Assembly (NCBI GenBank): GCA_017852335.1
Contig: JAFMLG010000001.1
Span: 2,853 to 66,852 of the forward strand
Reading direction: 5' to 3'
Source of the DNA: Actinomycetota bacterium
Lineage (GTDB): Bacteria > Actinomycetota > Nitriliruptoria > Nitriliruptorales > Nitriliruptoraceae
DNA length: 64,000 bases
This document shows, piece after piece, positions 9,072-18,409 of the stretch (its first letter is position 1; each line of letters starts with the position of its first letter). Made by a program: the position numbers and the translations under genes. Under the pieces are notes generated by a model, which searched no databases, had not been told where the DNA came from, and saw nothing but the letters and a program-made list of their open reading frames with translations.

Positions 9072-12000
9072 TCACCCGGGTCGGGCGGCGCGCCGACCGG
9101 GGGCGCCGAGCAGCTCGCCGAGCGTCCCCGAGACCCAGGCCACGAGGTCCTCGGGCCGGGGACGCGGCAGCGGCAGCACCAGCGACCGCGCGGCCGGCTT
9201 CCACTGCGCCCCCGGGTGCAGCCGCGCCAGGCGGACCTCGGCGGCCTCGCCCAGCTCGACCGGCTGGACCCGCAGGCGGTCCCCGCGCACGACCGCGACC
9301 TCGTCGATCCCCCACCGGTCGAGCAGCACCTTCAGCGCGGCGAGGGCCGTGAGCCGCCGCGCCGGCGGGGGCGGCGGCCCGAACCGGTCCGCGAGCTCGG
9401 CCTCGAGGTCGCGCAGCGTCGCGGCGTCGCGGACGGCGGCGAGGCGGCGGTACAGGTCGAGACGGACCATGGCGTCGGCGACGTACGCCTCGGGCAGGTT
9501 CGCGTCGACGGGGAGGTCGACCCGGATCTCGTGCGTCTCGGGCAGGGGCTCGCCGCCGAGGCGGGCCAGCTCCTCGCGGAGCAGCTCGGCGTACGCGTCG
9601 AACCCGACGGCCGCGACCTGTCCCGACTGCTCGGCCCCGATGACCGCGCCGGCGCCCCTCAGCTCGAGGTCCCGCATCGCGATCGCGAGCCCCGACCCGA
9701 GCCGGCTCCGTTCGGCGACGGTGGCCAGCCGCTCGTGCGCCAGCTCGGTCATCCCCTCCGCCGGGTGGAAGAGGTACGCGTACCCGCGCTCGCTGGCGCG
9801 TCCGACGCGGCCGCGCAGCTGGTGCAGCTGCCCGAGCCCGAGCAGGTCGGCCCGCTCGACGATCAGCGTGTTCGCGTTCGGCACGTCGAGACCGGACTCG
9901 ATGATGGTGGTGCAGACGAGGACGTCGACCTCCCGCTCCCAGAACCGCAGCATGACGGCCTCGAGCGCGCCCTCCTCCATCTGACCGTGTGCCACCGCGA
10001 TCCGGGCGCCGGGGACGAGCTCGCCGAGGCGGGCCGCGACCTCGTCGATCGTCGTGACGTCGTTGTGGACGTGGAACACCTGCCCGTCGCGGAGGAGCTC
10101 GCGCCGGATCGCCAGCACGACCTGCGCCTCGTCGAACGGCTGGACGACGGTCACGACGGGCTGGCGGTACTCCGGCGGCGTCTCGATGACCGAGAGGTCC
10201 CGGATGCCGGACAGCGCCATCTCGAGCGTCCGCGGGATCGGCGTGGCCGACATCGTCAGCACGTCGACGCTGGCGCGCAGCTGCTTCAGCCGCTCCTTGT
10301 GCCGCACGCCGAACCGCTGCTCCTCGTCGACGACGACGAGGCCGAGGTCCCGGAACGTCACGCTCGGGGCGAGCAGCGCATGGGTCCCGATCACGACGTC
10401 GACCGTGCCGTCCGCCACGCCGGCGAGGACCCGGCGGCGCTCGGCGTCGGGGACGAACCGGCTGAGCACGCCGATGTCGACGGGGAACCCGGCGAACCGC
10501 TCACGGAACGTCTCGGCGTGCTGCTGGGCCAGGATCGTCGTCGGGACGAGCACGGCGACCTGGGCCCCGTCGAACACGGCCTTCGCGGCGGCACGGACGG
10601 CGACCTCGGTCTTCCCGAACCCGACGTCCCCGGCGAGGAGCCGGTCCATGGGGAGCGGCGCCTCCATGTCGCGCTTCACCTCCTCGACGACGGTCAGCTG
10701 GTCGGGCGTCTCGACGTGCTGGAACGCGTCCTCCAGCTCGGACTGGAGCTCGCCGTCGGGGGCGAAGGCCCGACCGGGGGCGTGGAGCCGCGCGTGGTAC
10801 AGCCGGATGAGGTCGGCCGCGAGCTCCTTCGCCGCGCCGCGGGCCCGCTCCCGCGCGCGCTCCCACTGCGCCCCGCCCATGCGCATCACGGTCGGCTCGT
10901 CGCCGCCGCGGTACCGGGTCAGCGCGTCGACCTGGTCGGAGGGGACGAACAGCGTGTCCCCCCCGGCGTACTCGACGACGACGAAGTCGCGCCGGGCGAC
11001 GCGGCCGTCGAGGCCCTCGACCTCGCGCGTCACCATCCCGCGGAACCGCCCGACCCCGTGCGTGCGGTGGACGACGGCCTCGCCGTCGGTCAGCGCCGCG
11101 ACGGCGTCGGCGGCCCGCTGCCGCGACCCGATGCGGGGCCCGGCCCGGCGACGGCGCGGACCGAACACGTCGACGCCGGCCAGGAGGGCCAGGCCGAGGG
11201 CCGGTGCGTCGACCCCGGCCCGGAGCGTCGAGACGACGACCTCCACGCGGCCCGGCTCCGGTCGGGGCGGCAGCACCGGGTGGACGGTGGCCGGGACGCC
11301 CTCGGCGGCCAGCACGTCGGCGACGCGGCGGGCCGGGCCGTCCGCGTCGACCGAGACCACGACCCGGACCCCGTCGGCCAGGAGCGTGCGCGTCCGGGTC
11401 GCCAGCGCCGCGACGTCGCCGCGCAGCGAGTCCCACCCGGTCCCGGGCAGCGGTGCGGCGCCGGCGTGCGGCAGGGCCGAGACGCGGACGACGTCACCGC
11501 CGCGGGCCGCGACCCGGTCGACCAGGGCGGCCGGCGCGGCGTACCCGACGGGTGCGCCGACCGGCCCGAGGTCCCAGGTCGCCTCGGCCAGCGTCTCGGC
11601 GTCGTGCGCGACGGCCCGGGCCCGCTCCTCGCCGCGGGTCGGCTCGACCAGCAGCAGTCCGGCCCCACGGGGCAGCAGGTCGGCCAGCAGGACCGCGTCG
11701 CCCCGGAGCGCCAGCGCCAGGGACTCGGCCCCCTCGGCGGTCCGGCCCTCCGCCAGCGCGGCCAGGGCCTCGGCGTGGGCCGGGGCGGCGCGGGCCACCT
11801 CGGCGGCCCGGGCCGCGAGCCCGTCGTCCAGGACCAGCTCGCGGGCCGGATCGACGACGACCGCGTCGACGGGGCCGGTCGAGCGCTGGTCCCCGACCCC
11901 GAACGCCCGGAGGGACTCGAGCTCGTCGCCGAACCACTCCATCCGGACCGCGGCGTCGGCCGCGGCGGGGAACACGTCGACGATGCCGCCGCGCACGGCG

Positions 12001-12560
12001 AACTGCCCCCGCTCCTCGACCTGCGGTGTCCGCTCGTACCCGAGCGCGGCCAGCGCGGTCAGGGCCGCGTCGAACCCGGTCGTGCCGGCGCGCAGGCGGA
12101 GCGGCCGGCGCGCCGCGACGCGGGGGTCCATCGGCTGCAGCGCCGCCCGGACCGGGGCGACGACCGCGAGCAGCGGCGACGGATGCTCCTCGGGGTGCGC
12201 CAGCCGGTCGACGACGGCGAGGCGACGGCCGACCGTCTCGGCGCGGGGCGAGAGCCGTTCGGCGGGCAGGGTCTCCCACGGCGGGAACACGGCGAGGCGG
12301 TCGGGCCCGAGCACGGCCCCGAGGGCGTCGGCGAACGTCCCGGCGTCCGCCGAACGGGGGACGACCACGAGGAGCGGCGCGGCCCGCTCGGCGAGGAGGG
12401 CCGCGACCAGCGGCTGGAGCGCCCCGGCGGCGACGACGTCGCCGGCGAGCTCGTCCTCCCACGCGGTCCGGGCCGGCCGGAGCGCCGCGGCGAGCGGCCC
12501 GACCGCCAGTCCGGGGTCGAGGACGTCGTCGGGGTCGACCGGAGGCGCCCCGCCGCTCAC
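9072..12560 (-). CDS. mfd: transcription-repair coupling factor
   Basis: 1162 aa; UvrB-homology N-terminus, RNAP-interacting domain (HGVGRFRGM), superfamily-2 helicase motifs (GDVGFGKTEVA, DEEQRFG, LTMSATPIPRTL, GQLHQLRGRVGR) and TRG region. Confidence 0.95.
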   Translation of the reverse strand: MSGGAPPVDPDDVLDPGLAVGPLAAALRPARTAWEDELAGDVVAAGALQPLVAALLAERAAPLLVVVPRSADAGTFADALGAVLGPDRLAVFPPWETLPAERLSPRAETVGRRLAVVDRLAHPEEHPSPLLAVVAPVRAALQPMDPRVAARRPLRLRAGTTGFDAALTALAALGYERTPQVEERGQFAVRGGIVDVFPAAADAAVRMEWFGDELESLRAFGVGDQRSTGPVDAVVVDPARELVLDDGLAARAAEVARAAPAHAEALAALAEGRTAEGAESLALALRGDAVLLADLLPRGAGLLLVEPTRGEERARAVAHDAETLAEATWDLGPVGAPVGYAAPAALVDRVAARGGDVVRVSALPHAGAAPLPGTGWDSLRGDVAALATRTRTLLADGVRVVVSVDADGPARRVADVLAAEGVPATVHPVLPPRPEPGRVEVVVSTLRAGVDAPALGLALLAGVDVFGPRRRRAGPRIGSRQRAADAVAALTDGEAVVHRTHGVGRFRGMVTREVEGLDGRVARRDFVVVEYAGGDTLFVPSDQVDALTRYRGGDEPTVMRMGGAQWERARERARGAAKELAADLIRLYHARLHAPGRAFAPDGELQSELEDAFQHVETPDQLTVVEEVKRDMEAPLPMDRLLAGDVGFGKTEVAVRAAAKAVFDGAQVAVLVPTTILAQQHAETFRERFAGFPVDIGVLSRFVPDAERRRVLAGVADGTVDVVIGTHALLAPSVTFRDLGLVVVDEEQRFGVRHKERLKQLRASVDVLTMSATPIPRTLEMALSGIRDLSVIETPPEYRQPVVTVVQPFDEAQVVLAIRRELLRDGQVFHVHNDVTTIDEVAARLGELVPGARIAVAHGQMEEGALEAVMLRFWEREVDVLVCTTIIESGLDVPNANTLIVERADLLGLGQLHQLRGRVGRASERGYAYLFHPAEGMTELAHERLATVAERSRLGSGLAIAMRDLELRGAGAVIGAEQSGQVAAVGFDAYAELLREELARLGGEPLPETHEIRVDLPVDANLPEAYVADAMVRLDLYRRLAAVRDAATLRDLEAELADRFGPPPPPARRLTALAALKVLLDRWGIDEVAVVRGDRLRVQPVELGEAAEVRLARLHPGAQWKPAARSLVLPLPRPRPEDLVAWVSGTLGELLGAPGRRAARPG

Positions 12561-13228
12561 CTGGGCTTCGGGCGACCCCGTCGGGCGGCCGTCGGGTCGA
12601 CCCCACCGGGGATCGGGAGGCTCCGGGTCAGCGGCTTCAGGCGGCGCTCGAGCTTCGCGACGTCCCGCCGCTTCACCGTGCGGGGCAGGCGCGTCAGGTG
12701 ACGCTGCAGCCGGGGCAGCGGGACGGCGCCGTCCCCGTCGCCGACGACGACCGTGGTGATGGCGGCGTCCGCGACCGCCTTCGCGAGGCGCTTCCGCTCC
12801 TGCGCCAGCATGCCGCGGACGCGCTGCTCGGCGCCCTCACCGACGAGGACGACGCCCGGCGGACCGACCGCGCGGTGGACCAGGTCCTGCTTGGCGGTGA
12901 CGCCGACGGCCGGCGTGACGAACCACGGGCCGCGGAGCTGCTGGAGCACGGCGGCGGCCGCGCCCGGCCGCCCCTCGAGCATGCGGTACGAGGCGCGCCG
13001 GGCCCGGAGGTTGAACGTCACGAGCCCCGCGAGCAGCCCGGTGAGCACCGCGAGCGGGACGGCGAGCCAGACCGACGTGACGATCCCGAGGCCCGTGCCG
13101 GCGGCGGCGCCGAGCACGGCCGCGACGAGGACCCACCGTCCGAGCGCGGGATCGACGCCACGGACCTGACCCCAGACCTGGCGCAGGGTCGCGATCCGCT
13201 CGCGCGCACGACCGATGAGGCGACGCAT
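12557..13228 (-). CDS. DUF4191-like membrane protein
   Basis: Start at the internal ATG 13228 (MRRLIGRARERIATLRQVW...), two TM helices then a soluble domain; resembles the actinobacteria-wide DUF4191 family by recall. Its stop overlaps the mfd GTG (GTGA). Confidence 0.65.
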   Translation of the reverse strand: MRRLIGRARERIATLRQVWGQVRGVDPALGRWVLVAAVLGAAAGTGLGIVTSVWLAVPLAVLTGLLAGLVTFNLRARRASYRMLEGRPGAAAAVLQQLRGPWFVTPAVGVTAKQDLVHRAVGPPGVVLVGEGAEQRVRGMLAQERKRLAKAVADAAITTVVVGDGDGAVPLPRLQRHLTRLPRTVKRRDVAKLERRLKPLTRSLPIPGGVDPTAARRGRPKPR

Positions 13229-13230
13229 CG

Positions 13231-13827
13231 TCACTCCGCTCCCGTGGCGGACCAGCCGTGCCACCGGTTCTGGGTCGCCTCGAGGCCGTCGGCCACGAGG
13301 GAGGCGACGACGTCGCCGACCTCGGCGAGGACGGTAGCGACGGTGGCGCGCTCGTCGGCGCCGAAGGCCCGGAGCACGTGCTGCGCCGCCGCCGTCGAGC
13401 CCGGCGGGCGACCGACGCCGATCCTGACCCGGAGGTACTCACGGGTGCCGAGGACCCGGTCGACGTCGCGGAGCCCGTTGTGGCCGGCGTGCCCCCCGCC
13501 GCGCTTCACGCGCAGGGCCCCGAGCGGCAGATCGAGGTCGTCGTGGAGGACGACGAGACGCTCCGGAGGGACGCGGTACCAGCCGGCGGTCCGGCCGACC
13601 GGCCCGCCCGAGGTGTTCATGTACCCCTCGGGGACGGCCAGCACGACCGGTGCGCCCCCGAGTCGGACCTCGGCCGTGCGGGACCCGGACCGGCGGTTCC
13701 GCGCCAGCGACGTCCCGGCCGCGGCGGCCATGGCCTCGACGGCCTCGGCCCCGACGTTGTGACGCGTGCCGGCGTACTCGGGGGGCGGGTTGCCGAGTCC
13801 GGCGACCAGCCACCGCCCGCCGGTCAC
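13231..13827 (-). CDS. pth: peptidyl-tRNA hydrolase
   Basis: From GTG 13827: WLVAGLGNPPPEYAGTRHNVG...GYMNTSG...VVLHDDLDLPLG..RVKRGGGHAGHNGLRD, canonical Pth motifs. GTGA overlap with the rplY stop. The 428-aa track ORF is over-extended. Confidence 0.92.
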   Translation of the reverse strand: MTGGRWLVAGLGNPPPEYAGTRHNVGAEAVEAMAAAAGTSLARNRRSGSRTAEVRLGGAPVVLAVPEGYMNTSGGPVGRTAGWYRVPPERLVVLHDDLDLPLGALRVKRGGGHAGHNGLRDVDRVLGTREYLRVRIGVGRPPGSTAAAQHVLRAFGADERATVATVLAEVGDVVASLVADGLEATQNRWHGWSATGAE

Positions 13828-14474
13828 GCCGGCGCCGCGCCGTCCGCCTCGGCCGCAGCCGCGGCCTCGCCCTCGGCCGCCGCGGCCGGGGCCGCGGCCT
13901 CGGCCGAGACCGCCGGCGCGTTGATCGTGACGACGACGCGGTCGGCGTCGTCGGCGATCTCGGCCCCGGCCGGCAGCAGCGCGACCAGGTCGCCCAGCCG
14001 CTTCACGTCGCCGATGCCCATCCCGGCGACGGAGAGCTCGAGGAAGTCCGGGGTGTCCAGCGGCCGGACCATGATCGGGACGACGTGGCGGACGTGGTTG
14101 AGGTAGCCGCCGTCGCGCTCGAGCCGGTCCTCGTCGACGAGGTGCACCGGGACCTCGACCTCGATCAGCGCGTCGGCGTCGACCGCGACCAGGTCGAGGT
14201 GGATGAAGTGCCCCTTCACCGGGTGCCGCTGGAGGTCGCGGAGGACGGTCAGGACCGGCGCACCGCCGTCGACCTCGAGCGCGACCAGGGCGTTCAGCCC
14301 GGCCGGCCCGCGGATCGCCTGCGACAGCTCGCGGGCGTCGAGGCTGACCGCCGTCGGCGTCACGCCGACGCCGTACAGCGAGGCGGGGACGCGGCCGGCG
14401 CGACGCAGGCGGCCGGCGTCGGCCTTCCCGGGACGGTCGCGGCGGACGGCGGAGAGACGGACCTGGGTCGACAC
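13824..14474 (-). CDS. rplY: 50S ribosomal protein L25/general stress protein Ctc
   Basis: 216 aa: RLRRAGRVPASLYG...LQRHPVKGHFIHLDL plus an Ala/Glu-rich C-terminal tail typical of long-form L25; GTG start with AGGAG RBS. Confidence 0.92.
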   Translation of the reverse strand: MSTQVRLSAVRRDRPGKADAGRLRRAGRVPASLYGVGVTPTAVSLDARELSQAIRGPAGLNALVALEVDGGAPVLTVLRDLQRHPVKGHFIHLDLVAVDADALIEVEVPVHLVDEDRLERDGGYLNHVRHVVPIMVRPLDTPDFLELSVAGMGIGDVKRLGDLVALLPAGAEIADDADRVVVTINAPAVSAEAAAPAAAAEGEAAAAAEADGAAPA

Positions 14475-14628
14475 GGTGATGCTCCTGCGGCGGAGGGCCC
14501 CGGCGTGGGTCGGTCACCGTGGGTGGCGAGGTGTCACGCGGGGTCCCGGACCGCTGACGCGCGCCGACGGACGGCGCGCGCGGGGCGGTGCGGGGGGACG
14601 GAGCCTACTCGCGCGCCGGGGGGCCGGC

Positions 14629-14653
14629 GACCCCCGTCCGGACGGGCGGGGTC
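14629..14653 (-). terminator. GC-rich hairpin downstream of prs (no U-tract)
   Basis: GACCCC...GGGGTC outer stem with an inner CGTCCGGACG palindrome, located 20-45 nt after the prs stop. Weak call because no T-run follows. Confidence 0.25.
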
Positions 14654-14672
14654 CCGCGCCGGGCGGACCGGC

Positions 14673-15662
14673 TCAGACGTTCTCGCCGCGGAAGATCTCC
14701 GAGACGGACTCGTCCTCGAACACGGCCCGCAGCGCCGAGGCCAGGATCGGGGCGATGGAGAGCACGACCAGCTTCCCGTCCATCCCGATGTCCTCGGGGA
14801 CCGGGATCGTGTTGGTGACCACGACCCGCTCGATGACGCTGTTCTCGAGCCGCTCGACGGCCGGGCCGCTGAACAGGGGGTGCGTCGCGCAGGCGATCAC
14901 CCGGGTCGCGCCCCGCTCCTTCAGCAGGCTCGCGGCCCCGACGATCGTGCCGGCGGTGTCGATCATGTCGTCGATCAGCACCGCCTCGCGCCCGTCGACG
15001 TCACCGATGACGTCGAGGGTCTCGGCGACGTTGTGCAGCGTCGGGTCGCGCCGCTTGTGGAGGATCGCGATCGGCGCCCCGAGGTGGCCGGCGAACTTCT
15101 CGGTGAGGCGGACCCGGCCGGCGTCCGGCGAGACGATGACGCGCTTCGCGGGGTCCGTGTTCTCGGTGATCCACTGCTCGAGCAGCGGCAGGGCGGTGAG
15201 GTGGTCGAACGGGTTGTGGAAGAACCCCTGGATCTGCCCCGTGTGCAGGTCCACCGACATGATGCGGTCGACGCCGACCGCCTCGTACAGGTCGGCGACC
15301 ATCCGGGCGGCGATCGCCTCGCGGGACCGCGCCTTCTTGTCCGACCGCGAGTAGCCGTAGTACGGGATCACGGCGACGGTCCGCTTCGCCGAGGCGCGCT
15401 TCAGCGCGTCGAGCATGACCAGCTGCTCGAGGATGAAGTCGTTGATGCTCATCCCGTCCGGCGCCGAGAGGTGCGACTGCAGGACGAAGACGTCGGCGCC
15501 GCGGACGGACTCGGCGAACCGCGCGTACAGCTCGCCGTTCGCGAACCGCGACAGCTGGACCTCGCCGACCCGCATGCCGAGGTGGTCGGCGACCTCCCGG
15601 GCGAGCTCGGGGTACGACGACCCCGAGAACAGCATCATGCGCTTGCGGGTCACGAGCTCCAC
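14673..15662 (-). CDS. prs: ribose-phosphate pyrophosphokinase
   Basis: 329 aa: MLFSGSSYPELAREVA..., YYGYSRSDKK, DLHTGQIQGFF, VLIDDMIDTAGT (PRPP-binding loop). Confidence 0.95.
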   Translation of the reverse strand: MELVTRKRMMLFSGSSYPELAREVADHLGMRVGEVQLSRFANGELYARFAESVRGADVFVLQSHLSAPDGMSINDFILEQLVMLDALKRASAKRTVAVIPYYGYSRSDKKARSREAIAARMVADLYEAVGVDRIMSVDLHTGQIQGFFHNPFDHLTALPLLEQWITENTDPAKRVIVSPDAGRVRLTEKFAGHLGAPIAILHKRRDPTLHNVAETLDVIGDVDGREAVLIDDMIDTAGTIVGAASLLKERGATRVIACATHPLFSGPAVERLENSVIERVVVTNTIPVPEDIGMDGKLVVLSIAPILASALRAVFEDESVSEIFRGENV

Positions 15663-15705
15663 GGCGATCCCGCTCCCCGTCGGCGGCGTGGCGGACCCTA
15701 GCGCG

Positions 15706-17091
15706 TCACCCGAGCCGGCCCCGGGCGCGGCCCTCCTTGACGACCTGACGGGCCCTCCCGATCGCCAGCGCCTCGGCCGGGACGTCGTCGGTGATGGTCG
15801 AGCCGGCCGCGACGTACGCCCCGGGGCCGACCTCGACGGGGGCGACCAGCATCGTCCCGCACCCGACGAACGCGCCCTCGCCGACGACGGTCCGGTGCTT
15901 CTCGCGCCCGTCGTAGTTCACGGTCACGACGCCGCAGGCGACGTTCGCCCCGGCGCCGACCTCCGCGTCCCCGACGTACGCGAGGTGCGGGACCTTCGCG
16001 CCGGCGCCGACGGTCGCGTTCTTGGTCTGGACGAACGCCCCGACCCGGGCGCCGACCTCGAGCACCGTGCCGGGCCGGAGGTGCGCGAACGGTCCGACCT
16101 CGACGTCGGCGCCGATCCGGGCCCGATCGGCCCGGGTCGAGTGGACGTGAGCGCCCTCCCCGACCTCGCAGTCGGTCAGGTGGGTGTTCGGTCCGACCAC
16201 CGCGCCGGCGGCGACGCGCGTCGCCCCCTCGAGGATCGTGCCCGGCAGCAGCGTCGCGTCGGCCGCGACCGCGACGTCCACGTCGACGTAGGTGTGCGCC
16301 GGGTCGACGACGCCGACGCCGTCGCGCATCAGCGCCCGGAGGTGGCGGCGGCGGAGCTCGACGCCGGCGTCGGCCAGCTGGGCGCGGTCGTTGACACCGG
16401 CGACCTCGGCCATGTCGACGACGTGGGCGACCGCGTCGCCGGCCGCCGCCAGCGGCCCGACCACGTCGGTGAGGTACCGCTCCCCCTGCGCGTTGTCGGT
16501 GCCGAGCGCCGCGACGACGGGGGTGAGCTCGGCGCGATCGAAGACGTACATGCCGACGTTCGCCTCGCGGAGGGCCCGCTGCTCGGGCGTCGCGTCCCGC
16601 TCCTCGACGACGCCGGTGATGGTGCCGTCCGCGTCCCGGAGGACACGGCCGTAGCCGAAGGCGTCCTCGGGCACCGCGACGAGCAGGCCCATCCGCCGGC
16701 CCGCCCCGGCCTCGAGGAGGCCGGCCAGCGTCGGACCCGTCAGCAGCGGCGTGTCGCCGGGCACGACCATCACGCGCGCGACCTCCGGCGGGAGCGCCGC
16801 CAGGGCGACGTCGACGGCGTCGCCGGTGCCGCGCGGCTCGGGCTGGACCACCGTGGTCACCGGGACGGGCAGCCGGTCCGCCAGCGCCGCGACCTCGTCG
16901 GCGACGCCGTCGGGCCCGGGGCCGACGACGACGAGGATCCGGTCGACCCCGGCGGCCCCGACCGCGGCCAGGACGTGGCCGAGCAGCGTCCGCCCGGCGG
17001 CGCGGTGCAGCACCTTCGGCAGGGCCGAGCGGAACCGCGTCCCGCGCCCGGCGGCCAGCACGACCGCGGCGGTGGTGTCGTGGGCGGCCAT
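15706..17091 (-). CDS. glmU: bifunctional UDP-N-acetylglucosamine pyrophosphorylase / glucosamine-1-phosphate N-acetyltransferase
   Basis: From internal ATG 17091 (GGGGGAG RBS): VVLAAGRGTRFRS..PKVLH, NAQGERYLTDV, and C-terminal left-handed beta-helix hexapeptide repeats. Confidence 0.95.
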   Translation of the reverse strand: MAAHDTTAAVVLAAGRGTRFRSALPKVLHRAAGRTLLGHVLAAVGAAGVDRILVVVGPGPDGVADEVAALADRLPVPVTTVVQPEPRGTGDAVDVALAALPPEVARVMVVPGDTPLLTGPTLAGLLEAGAGRRMGLLVAVPEDAFGYGRVLRDADGTITGVVEERDATPEQRALREANVGMYVFDRAELTPVVAALGTDNAQGERYLTDVVGPLAAAGDAVAHVVDMAEVAGVNDRAQLADAGVELRRRHLRALMRDGVGVVDPAHTYVDVDVAVAADATLLPGTILEGATRVAAGAVVGPNTHLTDCEVGEGAHVHSTRADRARIGADVEVGPFAHLRPGTVLEVGARVGAFVQTKNATVGAGAKVPHLAYVGDAEVGAGANVACGVVTVNYDGREKHRTVVGEGAFVGCGTMLVAPVEVGPGAYVAAGSTITDDVPAEALAIGRARQVVKEGRARGRLG

Positions 17092-17203
17092 GCGCTCCCC
17101 CGTCCGGGCCCGGCGGGCCCCCGGGGCACCGTAGCCAGCGGTCCGCGCGCGGGACCCGGCCGCGGGCCCCACGGGGATGCGGCCGGCGCCGGCCGCGGCG
17201 ACG

Positions 17204-17275
17204 CTGGGGGGCAGGGGGTCGAACCCTGGACTCCGACTCCAAAGGTCGGCGTGTTGCCGGTTACACCACCCCCCA
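17204..17275 (-). tRNA. tRNA-Gln (anticodon UUG)
   Basis: Hand-folded 72-nt cloverleaf: acceptor TGGGGGG/CCCCCCA, D stem GTGT/ACAC, anticodon stem CCGAC/GTCGG with loop CTTTGGA, T stem CAGGG/CCCTG with a TTCGACC loop. CCA is not encoded. Confidence 0.9.
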
Positions 17276-17378
17276 CCGGGCCTCGTCGGTGCGGCCGCGG
17301 CCGCCCGCCGGGGTCCGCGGCGAGGGTAGGCCCGCGGCCGTCGAGGCCCGCGGGCGGAGCCCGGGACCGGGGCCCGGG

Positions 17379-18338
17379 TCAGCCCTCGGTCACGACCTCG
17401 GGACCACCGGCCGGCGCGGTGACGACCTCGACGCGCGCGAACAGGTCCGCGACCCGGTCGGCGAGGGCACGGGCGTGCGCGGCGTCCGCGGCCAGTCCGA
17501 GCAGCGTCGGACCCGATCCGCTGACGAGCGCCGCGATCGCGCCGGCGTCCTGCAGCGCGTCGCGCCGCTCGCGGAGGTCGGGCCGCAGGGCGAACGCCGC
17601 CGGCTCGAGGTCGTTGCGCACCGCGGCCCCGAGGGCCTCGACGTCGCCGGTCCGCAGCGCCTGGAGCATCCGGTCGGGGTCGGCGGCGGCCGGCGCCGGC
17701 AGCCCGTCGAACGCCCGGTAGACGTCGGCCGTGCCGAGCGCGCCGGCGTCGACGCCGACGACCCAGTGGGTCGTCCCGCGCGCCAGGGCCGGTGCGACGT
17801 CGGTGCCGGTCCCGCGGGCCAGCGCGGTCCCACCGCCGACGCAGAACGGGACGTCGGATCCGACGTCGGCGGCGAGGCGGCGCAGGCGCTCGGGACCGAG
17901 GTCCGTCCCCCAGACCCGGTCCAGCCCGACGAGCGCGGCCGCGGCGTCGGCCGAGCCGCCGGCCATGCCGGCCGCCACCGGGATCCGTTTCGTCAGGTGG
18001 AGCCGCGTCGTCGGTCCGCCGTCGTCGGCGTCACCGCCCATCCCGACCTCGCGCATCAGACGACGGCCGGCGACGAGCACCAGGTTGTCGTCGCCCAGCG
18101 GCACGTCGCCGTCGCCGACCCCGTCGGCGGTCAGGACCAGCCCCATCCGTCGCCGCGCGGTGGGGTGGAGGGCCTGGCCGTCGTCGCACCGCACGCGGAG
18201 CGTGTCGTGCAGCGACACCGTCTGGAGCACGGTCACGAGGTCGTGGTAGCCGTCGGGACGCCGGGGCCCGACGGCGAGGTGGAGGTTGATCTTGGCCGGC
18301 ACGCGGACGCGGAGGCGTACCGACCCGTCCCCCGCCAC
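17379..18338 (-). CDS. ispE: 4-diphosphocytidyl-2-C-methyl-D-erythritol kinase
   Basis: From GTG 18338 (GGAGG 5 nt upstream): VPAKINLHLAVGPRRPDGYHDL, KRIPVAAGMAGGSADAAA (GHMP kinase motif), LVSGSGPT. The track ORF (474 aa) is over-extended. Confidence 0.9.
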   Translation of the reverse strand: MAGDGSVRLRVRVPAKINLHLAVGPRRPDGYHDLVTVLQTVSLHDTLRVRCDDGQALHPTARRRMGLVLTADGVGDGDVPLGDDNLVLVAGRRLMREVGMGGDADDGGPTTRLHLTKRIPVAAGMAGGSADAAAALVGLDRVWGTDLGPERLRRLAADVGSDVPFCVGGGTALARGTGTDVAPALARGTTHWVVGVDAGALGTADVYRAFDGLPAPAAADPDRMLQALRTGDVEALGAAVRNDLEPAAFALRPDLRERRDALQDAGAIAALVSGSGPTLLGLAADAAHARALADRVADLFARVEVVTAPAGGPEVVTEG

Positions 18339-18409
18339 CCGTGCCTCCGCCGTCGGCCCCCGCCCCGCCGGGCAGCGTAGGCCCGGGCCGGACGCGGCCC
18401 GACGGGCCG

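Noticed and set aside
5677-9984. 1435-aa plus-strand ORF, and similar giant ORFs such as 205..1740, 671..3019, 9216..12701, 10054..12759, 11204..13762, 40067..42895 (upstream part), 46342..48174 and 57687..58892
   Set aside because: They are Arg/Pro/Ala/Gly-rich low-complexity translations in frames overlapping or antisense to genes with clear family motifs. This is the usual stop-codon-poor alternative-frame artefact of very GC-rich DNA.
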